Assembly (NCBI GenBank): GCA_951406725.2
Contig: OX597817.1
Location: forward strand, 81,220,001 to 81,284,000
Source of the DNA: Octopus vulgaris
Lineage: Eukaryota
Direction of reading: 5' to 3'
Length of the DNA stretch: 64,000 nt
The notes below the pieces were generated by a model. The model ran no database searches. It was not told where the DNA came from and saw only the letters and a list, made by a program, of their open reading frames with translations. Shown in pieces: positions 37,261 to 50,935 of the stretch; the stretch's first letter is position 1; every line of letters begins with the position of its first letter. Position numbers and translations under genes: made by a program.

Positions 37261-38642
37261 GCATTTTTAAAACATATATTCTCAATTTATAACTCAAGAA
37301 TAGATTAAATGATATCATTATCATCATTTTACAGCAGCTTTTCCCTCATTCCAGCCAGGACAGCCATGTATCTCCTTTACAGTAAGACACTTATCCCTGC
37401 CCTTGTATCATGCTTTAACTGTTCAACACCTGGTATAAAGCCACTTCCCTCAATACTACAACTCTTACTCAAGCAAGGGATCTTATCTTGCAAGTTACTT
37501 GGTATCTCCCTAATACCACTGTTGTGAAAGAAATGCACCCTGTATATTTTGCAAAGTGGTTGGCATTAGGAAAGGCATCAAGCCATAGAAACTGTGTTGA
37601 AACAGACATTTAAACTCTACACAGTCCTCTGGCTCATTAGATCCTATCAAACAGTCCAACTCATGCCAGCATGGAAGATAGATGCTAAGCAAAGGTGATA
37701 ATGATGAATTCTATACTGGAGAAGACTGGACAGGTCATCGTGGTGCAAGCCAGTTCTTGTTCAGAGTTACTGCCCTCTTAGATGGGTTGGGAACCCTGAC
37801 TCATTCCCATTTTTGACATGGTTTCCACAGCTTGATGCTCTTCCAAACACCAACTCCTTTCTAGTGCAAACTGGGTACATTTTGTCATGGCACCAGCACT
37901 AGAAGAGTTGTTTTGTTTCCAGCAAGAGACCCTCTTCTTGACATTGTCTCTGTTCATTATTCCTTTCTTTCTACACAAAACTGAGTGGGAGAAATAGGAA
38001 ATAATAAAAGAGAACAAGGATAGCAAAAGTAAAGAGGAGATAGAAGAGAGAAAAGAAGAGAGCTAGAGAGTATGCGATAGAAGAGACAGTAATAAAGGAG
38101 AGAGTAATGGAAAAGAGAGTGCCAGCTACATGACAATTGTTGGCAAGGAGACTGAATAGATACATGATGAAGATGTTAACAGAAGAGAAAGTAATGTGGA
38201 AGAAGGAGAATAACAACAAGATAGAAGGGGGAGAAAAAGAAAACTAGAGTAACAGTAGCAAGAGGGTGACAGAAGAAAGATTAATGGAAGAGAATGAGAT
38301 GTAGGAGATAACTACATTTTGGTTGAGTGGCAGAAGAGGGAGTAATTGAAGACATACAAAATGATGGTAAAGAATGAGAGTGATGGATGTCACTAATGAA
38401 TGATAAAGTAAGGCAAGGATAATGAATGACAGAGATAGAGAGACAGACAATAAGGCAGGCAGGTAGACAGTGAGAGATAGAGGAAAAGTTAGGGAAGAAT
38501 GCTGTAGATCCACAGCTAGTTACAGAATATAGTGATCCAAATCTCAGAATTACTTGGGACTGCCATGAATTAAACTTTACAAATCTTTATAATTTTTACA
38601 ATAATTTACAATACTTTTACAAAGAACTCACTCTTAACATAC

Positions 38643-38791
38643 CTGTGTGTGATCTAACATGTTGCTTTAGATGACTTGATTTCTTGAAACCTTTACCACA
38701 ATAAGAACATTTGTACGAACGTTTTCCTTCTTCTACCTCACGTATCATATTAGCTTGACGTTGTTTCTGAGCAGCAGTCTGTTTTGGTTCT
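38643..38791 (-). CDS. ZNF236: ZNF236 exon (1 finger; absent from the ORF track)
   Basis: tttacag|A ... G|gtatgt. [50 protein letters not shown]. Confidence 0.92.
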
Positions 38792-39559
38792 CTGTAAAAA
38801 GATTAGTCAATAAGATAGTTTTAAACATCAATCTTGTTGACATAGAATGAAACCTACAACTGACATACAATGAAATCCATAACTAATAAATAAGTCACAT
38901 AATGAATACATATGTACATCATCAAACATTTATTTTCATGCTGGTATGGCTGGACAGTTTGACAGGAGATGGCAAGCCAGAGGGCTGGACTAAGTTTTAT
39001 TGTCTGCTTTAGTATGGTTTCCTAATGCCAAGCACTTTAAGAGAATGTACTGAGTGCTTTGTACATGGCACCATATCAATAATACATAAAAACTATTAAC
39101 GAACACAATAACAACACAGATTTAGGAAACGTCTTCAAAAACTGCAACTGAGGTGCATTTTACCACACCAGAAAACTCTGTCCCCCATTAGCTTTGGTAG
39201 GTTTTCAATTTGTGTGTCCCTGTCAATAATATCAATGTTGTTGAGTAATCTTTGTCCTTTATTAAGGTGCAGAAGTGTCCAAAATATAACATCTGATATG
39301 GCCTAATATTCAGCTTGATAGCAATGACCAATAAAGTTTACTCTGTGTTAAGTAACAATCCTTTCTACTATAGGCATAAGGCGTGAAATTTTGGGGAGGG
39401 GCATAGTCAGTTATATTGACCCTAGTACCCAACTGGTGCTTCTTTTATTGACCATGAAAGGATGAAAGGCAAAGTCAATTCCAGAGGAATTTGAACTCAG
39501 AATGTAAGGACAGATGAAATGCCACTAAGCATTTTGCCTGGCACGCTAATCTGTGTTAA

Positions 39560-40340
39560 GTGATAATGATAAAGATGGGTAGAATGTGTCCTGAAATTTC
39601 CTCGTTGGTCTTGTGTTCATGCCACGAGATGTTTTGAGTACTCATGAGAAAATTGGTGTATGTACCACTTAGACAATCCTGGAGTTAGAGTTTGGCTCCA
39701 AAAAAAAGAATACTCTCTACACATACCCTGAAGTATTTGTCAAATTTTGTAGCTTGTTTTTCTTATTGTCAGTTACACAGGACCCAAGATACTTGAAGTC
39801 AGTAACCATCTTGAATTGTATGCTATTGTCGAAACAAATAGGCAGGAGGCTTTCATTCTAATTGATTGTCAAGTATTCCATCCATGTTGTATTAAGAAAC
39901 AGACATATTTTGACTATAGCATTTCAGTGGATGTTAACAAGTTTTGTTTACATTGGGAAACCCAGAAGTTCAGAAATAACAAGACATCAGGTCCACATAA
40001 TATACCAGCCATCATCTGCAAGTGTCCTCTCAAATACAAGCATCTAATGCAATGAGGCCTATGAAGAAAATGAATCAACAACCTTCTTGAAATCTTTTAT
40101 TTCCACTTCCAAAGAAAGGTGATTGCCACCAACCTCTGAACTACAGAGGAATTACATTCTCGCCTCTAGCCTCAAAATTCTACCACCCTATGCTCCTTAA
40201 TAGAACTTCTCCTCATATCAACAAAGGCAGACCAATACTACCATAAAACCTGACACATAAAAGAATTGTAAAAGAGCTCAGAGTCTCCTAAATAAGATGG
40301 CATCAGTTACTCTTGTGGGTTTCTCCAATGCATTTCATAA
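39560..40340. mobile_element. Old rearranged RTE-like RT fragments
   Basis: + strand PLPKKGD..PLNYRGITFSPLASKFY..MLLNR (~40100-40210); - strand DFKYLGS (~39780-39803). Confidence 0.5.
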
Positions 40341-40519
40341 GAAAAATAGAAATTTGGGAAACTGCTACCTCTGTTGATGGGACATTCTTTTAGCTCAACA
40401 ATAACAACAACACACTAAAAAAGAGGAAGATTCCTTAATAAAACTTTATGAATATTTGACAATAATCGAATTTACTAATAATAAGTATCTTATTAATATT
40501 ATTCTTGTTCAGCACTTAC

Positions 40520-40620
40520 CTGTTTGGAAGTATGCTTTGTAGAGAAGTGGTCGGCAAAGTAGGTGCAAAGGATGTGTTCAAAGGACTCACGTCTATTACA
40601 TTTGTTAACTGTTGCGAGCT
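40520..40620 (-). CDS. ZNF236: ZNF236 probable small spacer exon
   Basis: tcttcag|AGC ... AG|gtaagt. SSQQLTNVIDVSPLNTSFAPTLPTTSLQSILPN(R); supplies the phase 0 to 2 change needed between 43537 and 38791. Confidence 0.7.
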
Positions 40621-41297
40621 CTGAAGACATAAGACAGATGATCAATAACAATATAGATAAATCCAGAAATATCGATTGCTTTAGTCTAAGCACAATGTCA
40701 ATGTTTTATAAGGAACAAGTCAATTTGATCAAATGATCAACACTACAACTACCCCTTGCTTACCACAGTTTTGACAAACATGGTTTTAATAAGCACACTG
40801 ATTAAATTTATTATCATCATCCAATAATTTATAAAGTATGTAATTTAATTATCCTCCTTGAAGAAGCCCAAGGCAGCTCCTAGTTATATGATACAAATTT
40901 CATGTTTCAAAGTGTTCAAATTTTACATCAAAATTTCATGTTTGCTAATGTTTGAAACACCAGCTTAATAACGAGAAAGTTATTTAGCAAAATTTTTCAT
41001 TATTTTAAAAATTAACTGAAACAAAAGCAGTGTATTTCAACATAAATATGGTAACAAAATGGTTAAAACAATCCAATGACGTAGAGGATTTCAGAAAATT
41101 GCCAGGCAAAAGTAGGTCAAGGCGAAAGCTAACAGAAATTATTGCTTGGATGTTACACCAGAAAATTAAAGATCTGTCTTCTGTAACAACAAGATAGGGC
41201 TTACATAAATATCCAAATGTTCAAAGAATATAATATCTGTCATGCTATGATTAAACGGATGTAAGATGGGAAAACAAAACCAGAAATGAATACTTAC

Positions 41298-41372
41298 AGG
41301 TAACGTAATTGATCCTTGGTTAAAAGATAAATTTTGCTGGTTTCCTAATAGATTCTGTTGAACGTTAAATAC
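41298..41372 (-). CDS. ZNF236: ZNF236 probable 75-nt symmetric spacer exon
   Basis: ttttgtag|GTA ... CCT|gtaagt. VFNVQQNLLGNQQNLSFNQGSITLP; phase 0/0; composition like the flanking spacer. Confidence 0.62.
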
Positions 41373-41414
41373 CTACAAAACATTAAAGAAAAACAGTTCA
41401 TTTTAAATATACAC

Positions 41415-41605
41415 TCTTTTTACTCTTTTACTTGTTTCAGTCATTTGACTGTGGCCATGCTGGAGCACTGCCTTTAGTCAAGCAAATCACCCCCAGGACT
41501 TATTCTTTGTAAGCCTAGTACTTATTCTATCTCTTTTGCCAAACCGCTAAGTTACGGGGACGTAAACACACCAGCATTGGTTGTCAAGTGATGTTGGGGG
41601 GACAA

Positions 41606-41664
<59 letters not shown>

Positions 41665-41835
41665 TATATATACGACGGGCTTCTTTCAGTTTCCGTCTAC
41701 CAAATCCACTCACAAGGCTTTGGTCAGCCTGAAGCTATAGTAGAAGACACTTGCCCAAAGTGCCATGCAGTGGGACTGAACCCGGAACCATGTCATTGGT
41801 AAGCAAGCTACTTACCACACAGCCACTCCTGCGCC
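41415..41835 (-). mobile_element. SINE family A, full length
   Basis: Reverse complement of the consensus. Confidence 0.85.
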
Positions 41836-42089
41836 TATAAACATTTATTTTATATTCAAAGAGAAGGCATTTCATGTGTTTGTTCCTGTGATAATCAGTT
41901 CATTCAAACAACTACACACCAATAAAAATCATTTGCAAATGTGGGGACTTCACAAAATATATGCTTCCTCTTATCTTTTACTTCTTTCAGTCATTAGGCA
42001 ACATCTTGAGGGGTTTAGTCAAACAAATTGACCCCAGTAATTATTTTTTCTTCTACATTTGGTAATTTTTCTCTCGGAATACTCACCAG

Positions 42090-43325
42090 ATGGGTCTGTG
42101 CCACATAAAAAGTAGCTGTGACGGTGCCATATAAAATGTGTTTGTGCTGGTGCCATGTAAAAAGTACTCAGTACACTCTGTAAAGTGGTTGGCATTAGGA
42201 AGAGCATCCAGCTGTAGAAACCAAGCCAAAACTGACAATTGAAACCTAGAACAGCTCTCTGGCTAACCAGCTCTGGCCAAACCATCCAATTCATGCCAGC
42301 ATGGTAAATGGACGTTAAATGATGGTGATGATGATGATTTTTTTGCTGATTCACTAAGTTACAAGGACATAAATAAACACCAGTTATCAATCAGTGGCAG
42401 GGGACACAAACACAAAGACACGCACACACACACATACATCATTATCATCATCGTCATTTAACATCTGCTTTCCATGCTGGCATGGGTTGAATGGTTTGAC
42501 TGAGGACTGGTGAGCCAGAGGCTGCACCAGGCTCAATCTGATCTGGCAAAGTTTCTACAGCTGGATGCCCTTCCTAACGCCAATCACTCTAAGAGTGTAG
42601 TCGGTGCTTTTTACGTGCCACTGGCACGAGGGCCAGTCAGGCGGTTCTCGCAACAACCACACTCAAAAGGTAGTTTTACATGCTACCTGCACAGGAGCCA
42701 GTCTGGCAGTACTGGTAACGACCACGCTCAAATGTTGTTTTTCACGTATCACCGGCACGGGAGCCAATCTGTGGCCCTGGCAATGATCATGGTCGGATGT
42801 GCATTTAACATTTTACGACAGGCCTCCACACAGTTTCTGTCTACCAAATCCACTCACAAGGCATTGGTCAGCCTGGGACTACAGTAGAAGACACTTGTCT
42901 AAGGTGGTGTGCAATGAGACTGAACCCGATACAGCTATGCTTGTGATAAATATATTATGATATGGAAGAGGTAGACCCAGGATGACATGGGACAAAGGCC
43001 AATCTCGAGACACTAAGCCTTATAAAAGAGATGTCTGAGAACCAAGATATCTGGCACATTGCTGTACTCAAGAAGACCTGTCCACCACAGCAGAATTGAT
43101 ACCAGTGCAGGTGCCACATAAAAAGCACAGGTGATGCTACCACATGAAAATGATGGTACCATCCAGTAAACTCTGTGAAGTGATTGACATTAGGAAGGGC
43201 ATCCAGCTGTAGAGACCATATCAGAGCAGACAATGGAGCCTGGTGAAGCCCCTGGCCTTACCAGCACTGGTCAAGGCATCCAACTCTTACCAGCATGGAA
43301 AATGGACATTAAATGATGATGAGGA
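42090..43325. mobile_element. Cluster of RTE 3'-end fragments in both orientations and SINE A pieces
   Basis: Tails at ~42320 (+), ~42440 (-) and ~43315 (+). Confidence 0.75.
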
Positions 43326-43536
43326 TTCTCATTAGAAATGGTATAAATTAGATTGAAATTAAATTGTAACCAATCATGAAGTGCTTTGTACTGGCTATAT
43401 AACATGATGTATATAATATATAGATAAGAAAATGTAAAAGAGGGAATATGATATTGAAAATGAAGAATATTTCACAATTCCTTTTTTTTTTTTTTTGGTT
43501 TTTTTTTTTTGTTGTGTTGAAAGAAGATTGCTTTAC

Positions 43537-43831
43537 CTGTTCTAATAAGGCTTCTGAAATAGTTGTTTGAGATAAAACAGCTGCATTAGTTGCAGTCAGA
43601 TCGTTTTGGTTAATATCACTAAGGCTAGAGCTGACAGTTCCATTCTGAAGTGTCGCAGCAGTGGTCAATGTTGCTGGTTGTGTAACAGTTATAGAACTGT
43701 CATCTGGTTGACTTGTCACTAATGTATTATCAGTCTTGTCCTCAGGTTCGGCATTTTCAATCACATGGTTTTCTACTTGGTGGGGTTGAAGTGTCTGATT
43801 CTGCTGCAGTGCCTGCATAGCTAGTTCATGT
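43537..43831 (-). CDS. ZNF236: ZNF236 exon (HELAMQALQQ spacer)
   Basis: ctgtcag|A ... CAG|gtaaag. Continues [18 protein letters not shown] (cf. recalled vertebrate [17 protein letters not shown]). Confidence 0.85.
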
Positions 43832-44648
43832 CTGACAGGAACAAACAAATATATAAACAAGTTGAATAGTGATGTAATAAGTTACAGGGGAAAATGCTGT
43901 GTGCAAAAGAATTTTTTTGATTAATTGAGATTACTAGATAAAATCAAAAAGCTAGTTGCAATTCTCTGAGAAAAGTGCGGGGGGGTGGGATAATTTCAAG
44001 AAATTAAGGATTAATTTTAACTCTGAAGCTTTCATTTCCCTGCCCCTTTCTCTTCACTCCTTTTTTCCACTGTTAAGAAAGTTGGCAAAAAAAAAAAGAA
44101 AATCGACTGTAAATGATTCCTAAAGGTTTTAAATGAACATAAACCAACTAATTTCATGTTCCCAAGTTATGTTGTACTAAGAATCCCATAGGAAGGACAA
44201 AATATCACTAACTACAACTACTAGGACACTTAAAAAGAAGAAAAAAATGGATTATATGGAAGTATTATTTATTGTGCTTTCTCACTTATAAGAAAAAGAC
44301 CTCTCACAACAATAGAAAATTTTAAACCCTGAAGTAGTTTTCTCCCCTTAAAAGGAATCTTCACCCTCTCTTCTATTTCTTAAACTCTCTCCCTCTCTTC
44401 CTCACTCTGTTATTCCAAAAGTAACTGTAGATGGCAGCACCAACAGTCCCCAGTCAAGTTTCCCAAGAAATAATCTCTTTAAAGTTAATTCACATGCTTA
44501 GGGAAAATGTAATTTTTGTTTGCAGCTAAAGGACACCAGCTAAGGACATGTTTTGATCTACTAAACCTTATCAGCACAGTATAGTTAACTTAAGCATACA
44601 TAATATACTGACAAAGATTTTTAGATGTAGACAAAGAATTATAAATAA

Positions 44649-45104
44649 CTAGCAGTATCGCCCGGCGTTGCTCAGGTTTGTAAGGGAAATAACTATATTT
44701 GATTTTGATTTTTCCAGTTTCAGCTCATGAGCTGTGGCCATGCTGGGGCACCGCCATATAAGCATTTTTAGAGAGTTATAGCCAAAAAATAGCAAAAAAA
44801 TGCATTAAAAATAGAAAAAAAATTATGGTAAATTTTTTTTTAAATCGTTGACTCATCGTAGACATTTTTAGAGAGTTACTTCCCTTATATAATAGCGAAA
44901 AAAATGCATTAAAAGGAAAAAAAATTATGGTAAATTTTTTTTTAAATCGTAGACTCATCGTAGACGCGCGCTAATAAGCAAAAGGGCTCAATATGAATCA
45001 TGACTATAAGATAGTTTTGGTTAAACTGCACCGCAAAATGTGGGAGTAGTTAGGAATCTAAATCGTAGGAGACAGACACACAACTTCACTTTTATATATA
45101 AAGA
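44649..45104 (-). mobile_element. Non-autonomous Helitron
   Basis: On - strand: a|TCtttatatataaaag ... hairpin cctgagcaacgccggg ... CTAG|t; A/T insertion site, no TSD, internal ~100-bp tandem duplication. Confidence 0.85.
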
Positions 45105-46351
45105 TTATTAACCAAGACAATTTACGTAATTAAAAAATACAATGAATGAAAGAGTTAGTTATTTCCCTTAGTTGATTTAATTAAATAAATTGCTTAAGTA
45201 ACAAATATAAACATGCACCACCCTTTCTGATCCTCTATCCCTATTCTCTTTTTTATATTCACTTTGTACATTGAGGGTATACCCTTGAAGGTTTGCCCTC
45301 ACTTGTACCTTGAGGGTATGCCCTCACTAATTCTTTCCGTTTTTCTTTCCAGATGGAAAAACCTTATCTCTTCTTCAGCAAAACACCTGTTCCTGTCTCT
45401 CTATCATAGTTTCAGTTCTCAACACTTGGCATAAAACCATCTGCCTCGACACTACACCCCCTCCACAAACACACTCAGTTAAGGAGCCTTCCCACTAGTG
45501 CTGGTGGCATGCAAAAAGTACCCAACATACTTTATACAGTGGTTGGCATCAGAAAGGGTACCCAGCCACAGAAATCACGACAGTCTTGTGGCTTGAAAGT
45601 TCACATCAAACCACCCAACCCATGCCAGCATGAACAAATGATGATGATGATGATGATGATATTGGCCAACTGAACATGAAATCAACAGTTCATATCTCAT
45701 CAACTTTACAAAGCTTTAAATCATCCAGTCAACCTTTGTATAGACAGATATCAAACGTACATAGTTTACCACAGACCTGAACAGGAAGGATGTAGTATTA
45801 AAAAATGTTTTGTGACCTTGTGCCGAATTTAACTATTTTTATGAGCATGAAAGAGCAACTGGATGTTGTTCCAATAAAAAATTGCCTAATTATTTTGATC
45901 AAGCAACTAATTGGATCTTACATGGGTTAATTATAAGTGATAGCCTGCATCAGTCCATCATTATACATAGATCTAGATATCTTAATGAATTATAAGAATT
46001 TCCTGACAATAATTATATTGCAGACCAAACACCTGGTCACCAGAGGGAGCTTCTACAGTCACATGAATTACTATAAATGTCAACCAAATCTCCTCAAATT
46101 ACACACCCTGCCTTCATCTTGAAAATGAATACTACTACATCTGGACAAAAATGACAAGATGGTCTTGGCTGGAATACCTTTTAACATCGATCTGCTCAAT
46201 AAGAGCTGACAAATTATCAAGGTTTAAAAAGAGGAAAAAATAGAAGCTTTTAGACGTTTTGATATCAAAGAATTTTGGAAAATAAAATGAAATAAAACAA
46301 ATAAAATGAAAGGAGAATTGTAAGAGAGAATACTTCAAAATTTCTTTTCAC

Positions 46352-46601
46352 CTGTGTGTTTTCATGTGTTTCTTACAATTAACAGATGTTTTAAAGGTTT
46401 TCTGACAATATGGACACATGAATGGCCTAATTTCAGTGTGTGTTGACATATGTCTTTTCAGGCTGCCACTGGTGGTAAAATTATTTTCACAAACTAGACA
46501 CTTGTAGGCCTTGATCCCCGTGTGAGTTCGCGTGTGAGACTTGAGAACGCCACTAGACACAAATGACCGATGACACTGCTTACACTGGTATGGCTTTTCA
46601 C
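46352..46601 (-). CDS. ZNF236: ZNF236 exon (3 fingers)
   Basis: attcag|GT ... AG|gtgaaa. [35 protein letters not shown]...[25 protein letters not shown](R). Confidence 0.93.
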
Positions 46602-46654
46602 CTGAATAGCACAGAATGATAACAATACAGAATAAAAACATTAATTACTTGTAG

Positions 46655-47010
46655 GGATACCATAATTCATGTCCGGAAAGTGCATGCCAATTTTTAAAGG
46701 AAAGAAAAAGGTCAATAAATACTTGCCATTACATTTTTAATCAACTAAATATGAACCATTTTGTTGCACAATGCGTCTTCATCTTTCCTTTAACTTGAAA
46801 ATACCCTCTTCCCAGAATTGAGGTGGTTTCATGGCAAAGAATTCATCAATGTATCTTTTTACATCATCCAAGGAATTGAAATTTTTACCATTAAGACTAT
46901 TCTGCAGTGACCTGAATAAGTGGAAATCCAAAGGAGCAATATCTGGTGAATATGGAGGGTGGGGTAACACATCCCAGCCAAGCTGCAGCAATTTTTGCCT
47001 GGTTTCCAAA
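46655..47010 (-). mobile_element. mariner (DD34D) 3' fragment
   Basis: TRQKLLQLGWDVLPHPPYSPDIAPLDFHLFRSLQN... Confidence 0.9.
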
Positions 47011-47936
47011 GCATCAAGTGCCGAAAATGAACTGTCTTACCTTCCAATTTAAAGGGTTACAGAATTAACACAGGTTATAGAAACATAAACCTTCTTCCAC
47101 GAAAAGATAGCTTAAACTGTGCTCTAAAGGAGATGTAGTCAAATCCTATTTTATGGACTCGACCATGTTCTAAAATAAGTCGAAAGGTAAGCTACAATAA
47201 ATCAGCATGAACTTTCCAGACAACCCAATATAATATACTACAAAGTATATTAAACACTTTATAAGTCAATACTGTGTCCTGCCAGGTTAGCAGTGCTATT
47301 AAATCACTTTTTAAGGTTATCTCAACAAGTTTTCTAAAGAAATTAAAGCCAGCACTGATTTGTTACAACGTTTCATATCCAAGTATGTCCAATGTAAACA
47401 ACAATGCTATAGAAGATGGAAAAATAGGTTATGGATGCATATCTATATTCTCTTTCTTCAGCACCACATCCAACCCATTTACTATCCACGAAGAAGGACC
47501 AAGAACTCCTGAAACATGCATATGCACTCACTACATATTGTCCCATTTTCAATCACATTGTTTACATTAGACATATTCAGATATGAAACATCATTATCAT
47601 CATATAACGTCCATTTTCCATGCTGGCATGGGTTAGAAAAATCTATCAGGATAACCTTAAAAAAGTGATAATAACAATACTTTACTGAAAGAGTATAGTT
47701 TACTGAAGGAGTACATTTTACTGCAAAAGTATTGTTTACTCCACAGACAAAGTTTATCTATTGTATTTACTTTTATTGACCTCAAACAAATCAATGCTAA
47801 AGTTATGCCCAATCAGAATTTGAACTCAAAATGTAGAACATAATTATTCATTACTGTTAAACAGTTAGTGTTTACTTAGATTCTATAGTGATCTCACAAT
47901 CCTACAATCAAAAGTTAAAAGTAAAGGAGACACAGT

Positions 47937-48270
47937 GGAGGCGCAATGGACCAGTGGATAGGACAGCGAGCTCGCGGTCGGAGTATCGCGGTTTCGATTC
48001 CCAGACTGGGTGTTGTATGTGTTTATTGAGTGAAAACACTAAAAGCTCCATGAGACTCTGGCAGGGGTTGGTGGTGACCCCTGTTGTACACTTTCGCCAC
48101 AACTTTCTCTCACTCTCTCTTCCTGTTTCTTGCGATGAAAAACATGTCTTGACATAGGGAAATATTACTTGGCGTGGAGGTGAGGGTTGATGATATGATG
48201 ATCATCCAGCTATAGAAAGTCAACCCTCAACAAATTGTCTGGCCCATGCAAGCATGGAAAACTGAATGTT
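47937..48270 (+). mobile_element. tRNA-derived SINE with RTE-like tail
   Basis: ggaggcgcaatggaccagtggatagg...gtttcgattcccag head; ends catgcaagcatggaaaa like the RTE tails. Confidence 0.55.
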
Positions 48271-48354
48271 AATCACTGCTGCTACTGCCGTTGCTGTTGC
48301 TATTGATGATGATGATGATGACGATGACAAAAAAGAAATAATGTGAAGACTGAC

Positions 48355-48501
48355 CTGTATGAGATCTGACATGTTGCTTGAGATGACTCGATTTCTTGAA
48401 ACCCCTTGAACAGTACGTGCACTTATATGGACGGTCGGAACTGTTCATGTCGGTGAGGTAGTTGTTAAAAATATTACTTCTGGGTGGCTGCTGGATGAGA
48501 C
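48355..48501 (-). CDS. ZNF236: ZNF236 exon (1 finger)
   Basis: gtccag|GT ... G|gtcagt. [50 protein letters not shown]. Confidence 0.92.
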
Positions 48502-48554
48502 CTGGACAAAGAACAAACAATATCGACATTACACTTCATATTTAATACATAAAT

Positions 48555-48960
48555 AGGTGCAGGCATGGCCATGTGGTAAAAAGCTTGCTTCTCAACCACA
48601 TGGTTCTGAGTTCAGTCCCACCATGTGGTTCCTTGGGCAAGTGTCTTCTACTATAGCCTCAGGCTGACCAAAGCCTTGTGAGTGGATTAGGTAGATGGAA
48701 ACTGAAAGAAGCCTATCATATAGATATATGTATGTATTCATGTGTGTATGTGTCTTTGTGTCTATGTTTGTCCCTCCATTGTCGCTTGACAACCGATGTT
48801 GGTGTGTTTACTTAGTGGTTCAGCAAAAGAGACCGATAGTACCAGGCTTACAAAGAACAAATCCTGGCGTCAATTTCTTTGACTAAAAAGCCCTTTAAGG
48901 CAGTGATTCAGTATGGCCACAACCAAATGACTGAAACAAGTAAAAGAATAAAAGAAAAAT
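48555..48960 (+). mobile_element. SINE family A
   Basis: Consensus head and tail. Confidence 0.85.
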
Positions 48961-50209
48961 AACAAATCACAACAAAAAATACAGGTCAGTTTTTTTTTGG
49001 TTTTTTTTTTCTGTTTTCTGTTGCTTGTGTTATGATAAACACAATTGCCCTTCTCCTTGCTCTTCTCCTTGCCTTTCTTCTTGCTCTTCTCCTTGCCCTT
49101 GCTCTGCAAACCTTTCTAAGTAGTTGGTATCAGAAATGACATCAACTCATGAAATCGGCAGTGGTGGTGGTGGTGGTGGCAGCGGCAGTGGTGGTGGTGA
49201 CGGTGACAGTGGTGGTGGTGGCAGTGCTGATAGTGATGGCAAGGATGGTGGTAGTGGTGGTGGTGGTGACGGTGGTGGTGATGACAAGGGTGCTGGTGCT
49301 GGTGACGTTGACAACAATCTCAACAAGGACTTTGATAATGGTTTTTGTCTTTTACTTCAAACTAATATTTTCTGATGATAATAACACATATAATTGCCAT
49401 TATATGATACTGATATGGATGTTGTTGATGGCAATGACATTCTTGCCACAATCAATCAAAGTAACATTGACAACAATGACAACAGTGGCAATAATAGCAA
49501 AGATAACGAATAACAATGTCTAAATGGTAGCAATAAATGTATTGAGTGCAGTGATGACAATGATACTGATGACAGGTCAATAAAATAGAGGGTGGTTTGC
49601 ATGACTAGACAACCAACAGGAAATTGTAGCAGCAGCAGCCGCCATCACCATCATCACCATCATCACCATCATCACCATCATCACCACCATCATCATTTAA
49701 CATCCGTTTTCCATGCTTAGATAGTTTGACCAGAGAGCTGCACCAGGTTCCAGTCTGATTTGGCTTGGTTTCTACAGCTTGATGCCCTTCCTAATGCCAA
49801 CCACTTTACAGTGTATGCTGGGTGCTTTTAATGTGGCACCGCATGAGTCAAACACTGGAAATAGCAGCCAAATACTGGAAATAGCAGTTAAACATTGGAA
49901 ATAGCAGTTAAATACTGGAAATAGTTTACTGCACAACCTACTAGAAATAGCAGCCACAAATTCCACACTGACATTTTAAAAATGGAAGTTTACATTGAAT
50001 AATGTAGTCTTAGATACATAATGGTAACTGTGGAAACAACTTTGATCACAGGCCTACTGAAATAGGACTAACTTGAGGTTAAAAAATGAGAGCACAAAAT
50101 CTGATTGTGACTGATAAAAATAACAACCATGACAAAGCTGATAACAACAAAGGTAGTTATAGTAATGGTACTGTGATGATGATAATGATGGCAGTGATAT
50201 AGAAAAAAG

Positions 50210-50769
50210 GGTGGAATTCTGCTTTAAGCCCCAATATGACCCCTATTAACTTTTTTTATTTTTTGGAATTTTCAGAAATCTTTTGTGAATTTATATTCTA
50301 CACACAGGAATTTGTGTGATTATGAAAAAAAAAGTTGTCTTTTATAAATTTTTTAAGCCCATTCTTTCCTCCCATCCCCATAAATCCTAATAGTTCCCCT
50401 CTTTTCTAAAATCTTTTAAAAATCTGCGTTTAAAATACTGACAGTCCAAATTTTTAGCTTAAATCCCAACAATGGACCACCCTTAGGTGCATCATCATTC
50501 CATTAAATGTATTTATGGGGAGAAAAATATTGAAAAATATCAATACATGTCACAGTGACAAACAAACAAGGAAGGTATCAAGTGGTCATGAGATATGCTA
50601 AAAATAACAGTTAAACTGCCCTTAAATTACACACAAATTTTTTTTTTTTTTGCATAATCATATGAATTCTTGTGTGTAGAACACAGATTCATAAAATGTT
50701 TTCTGACATTTCCAAAAAATAAAAAAGTTATGAGGGGGTTATATAAGGTGCTTAAACCAAAATTCCACT
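50210..50769. mobile_element. MITE with ~130-bp imperfect TIRs
   Basis: 50210-50336 is the reverse complement of 50636-50769 (gtggaatt..ttaagc..ttttttattttttggaa..ctacacaca..gattatg). Confidence 0.75.
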
Positions 50770-50935
50770 GAAAAAAGATGTTAATGCAGGAGATATACGA
50801 GTTGATATTGGTTCAACCTCCACCAAATCCCCATATTTTTACTCTTTATTACAAGTACATTTTGTATTAGCATGTTTGTCTTTGTTTAAAAGGTAAACCT
50901 GTAATTTCAGACCTAAAAAATATAAATCCTTTTAC

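Noticed and set aside
41060-41180. Extra ZNF236 exon after the acceptor-like gttacag at 41181
   Set aside because: Stop codon after four codons in the required phase.
47484-47525. Hammerhead-like acgaaga-agga..tcct-gaaa-catg
   Set aside because: The core deviates from CUGANGA and no stem I is evident.
47937-48010. tRNA gene (also the SINE heads at 6452, 11101 and 14932)
   Set aside because: A/B boxes are present but there is no complete cloverleaf, and the sequence continues into SINE bodies.
49124-49523. Gly-rich and Val-rich ORFs (also 31984-32308 on +)
   Set aside because: (GGT)n low-complexity sequence, or the antisense reading of the polyQ/polyP exon.
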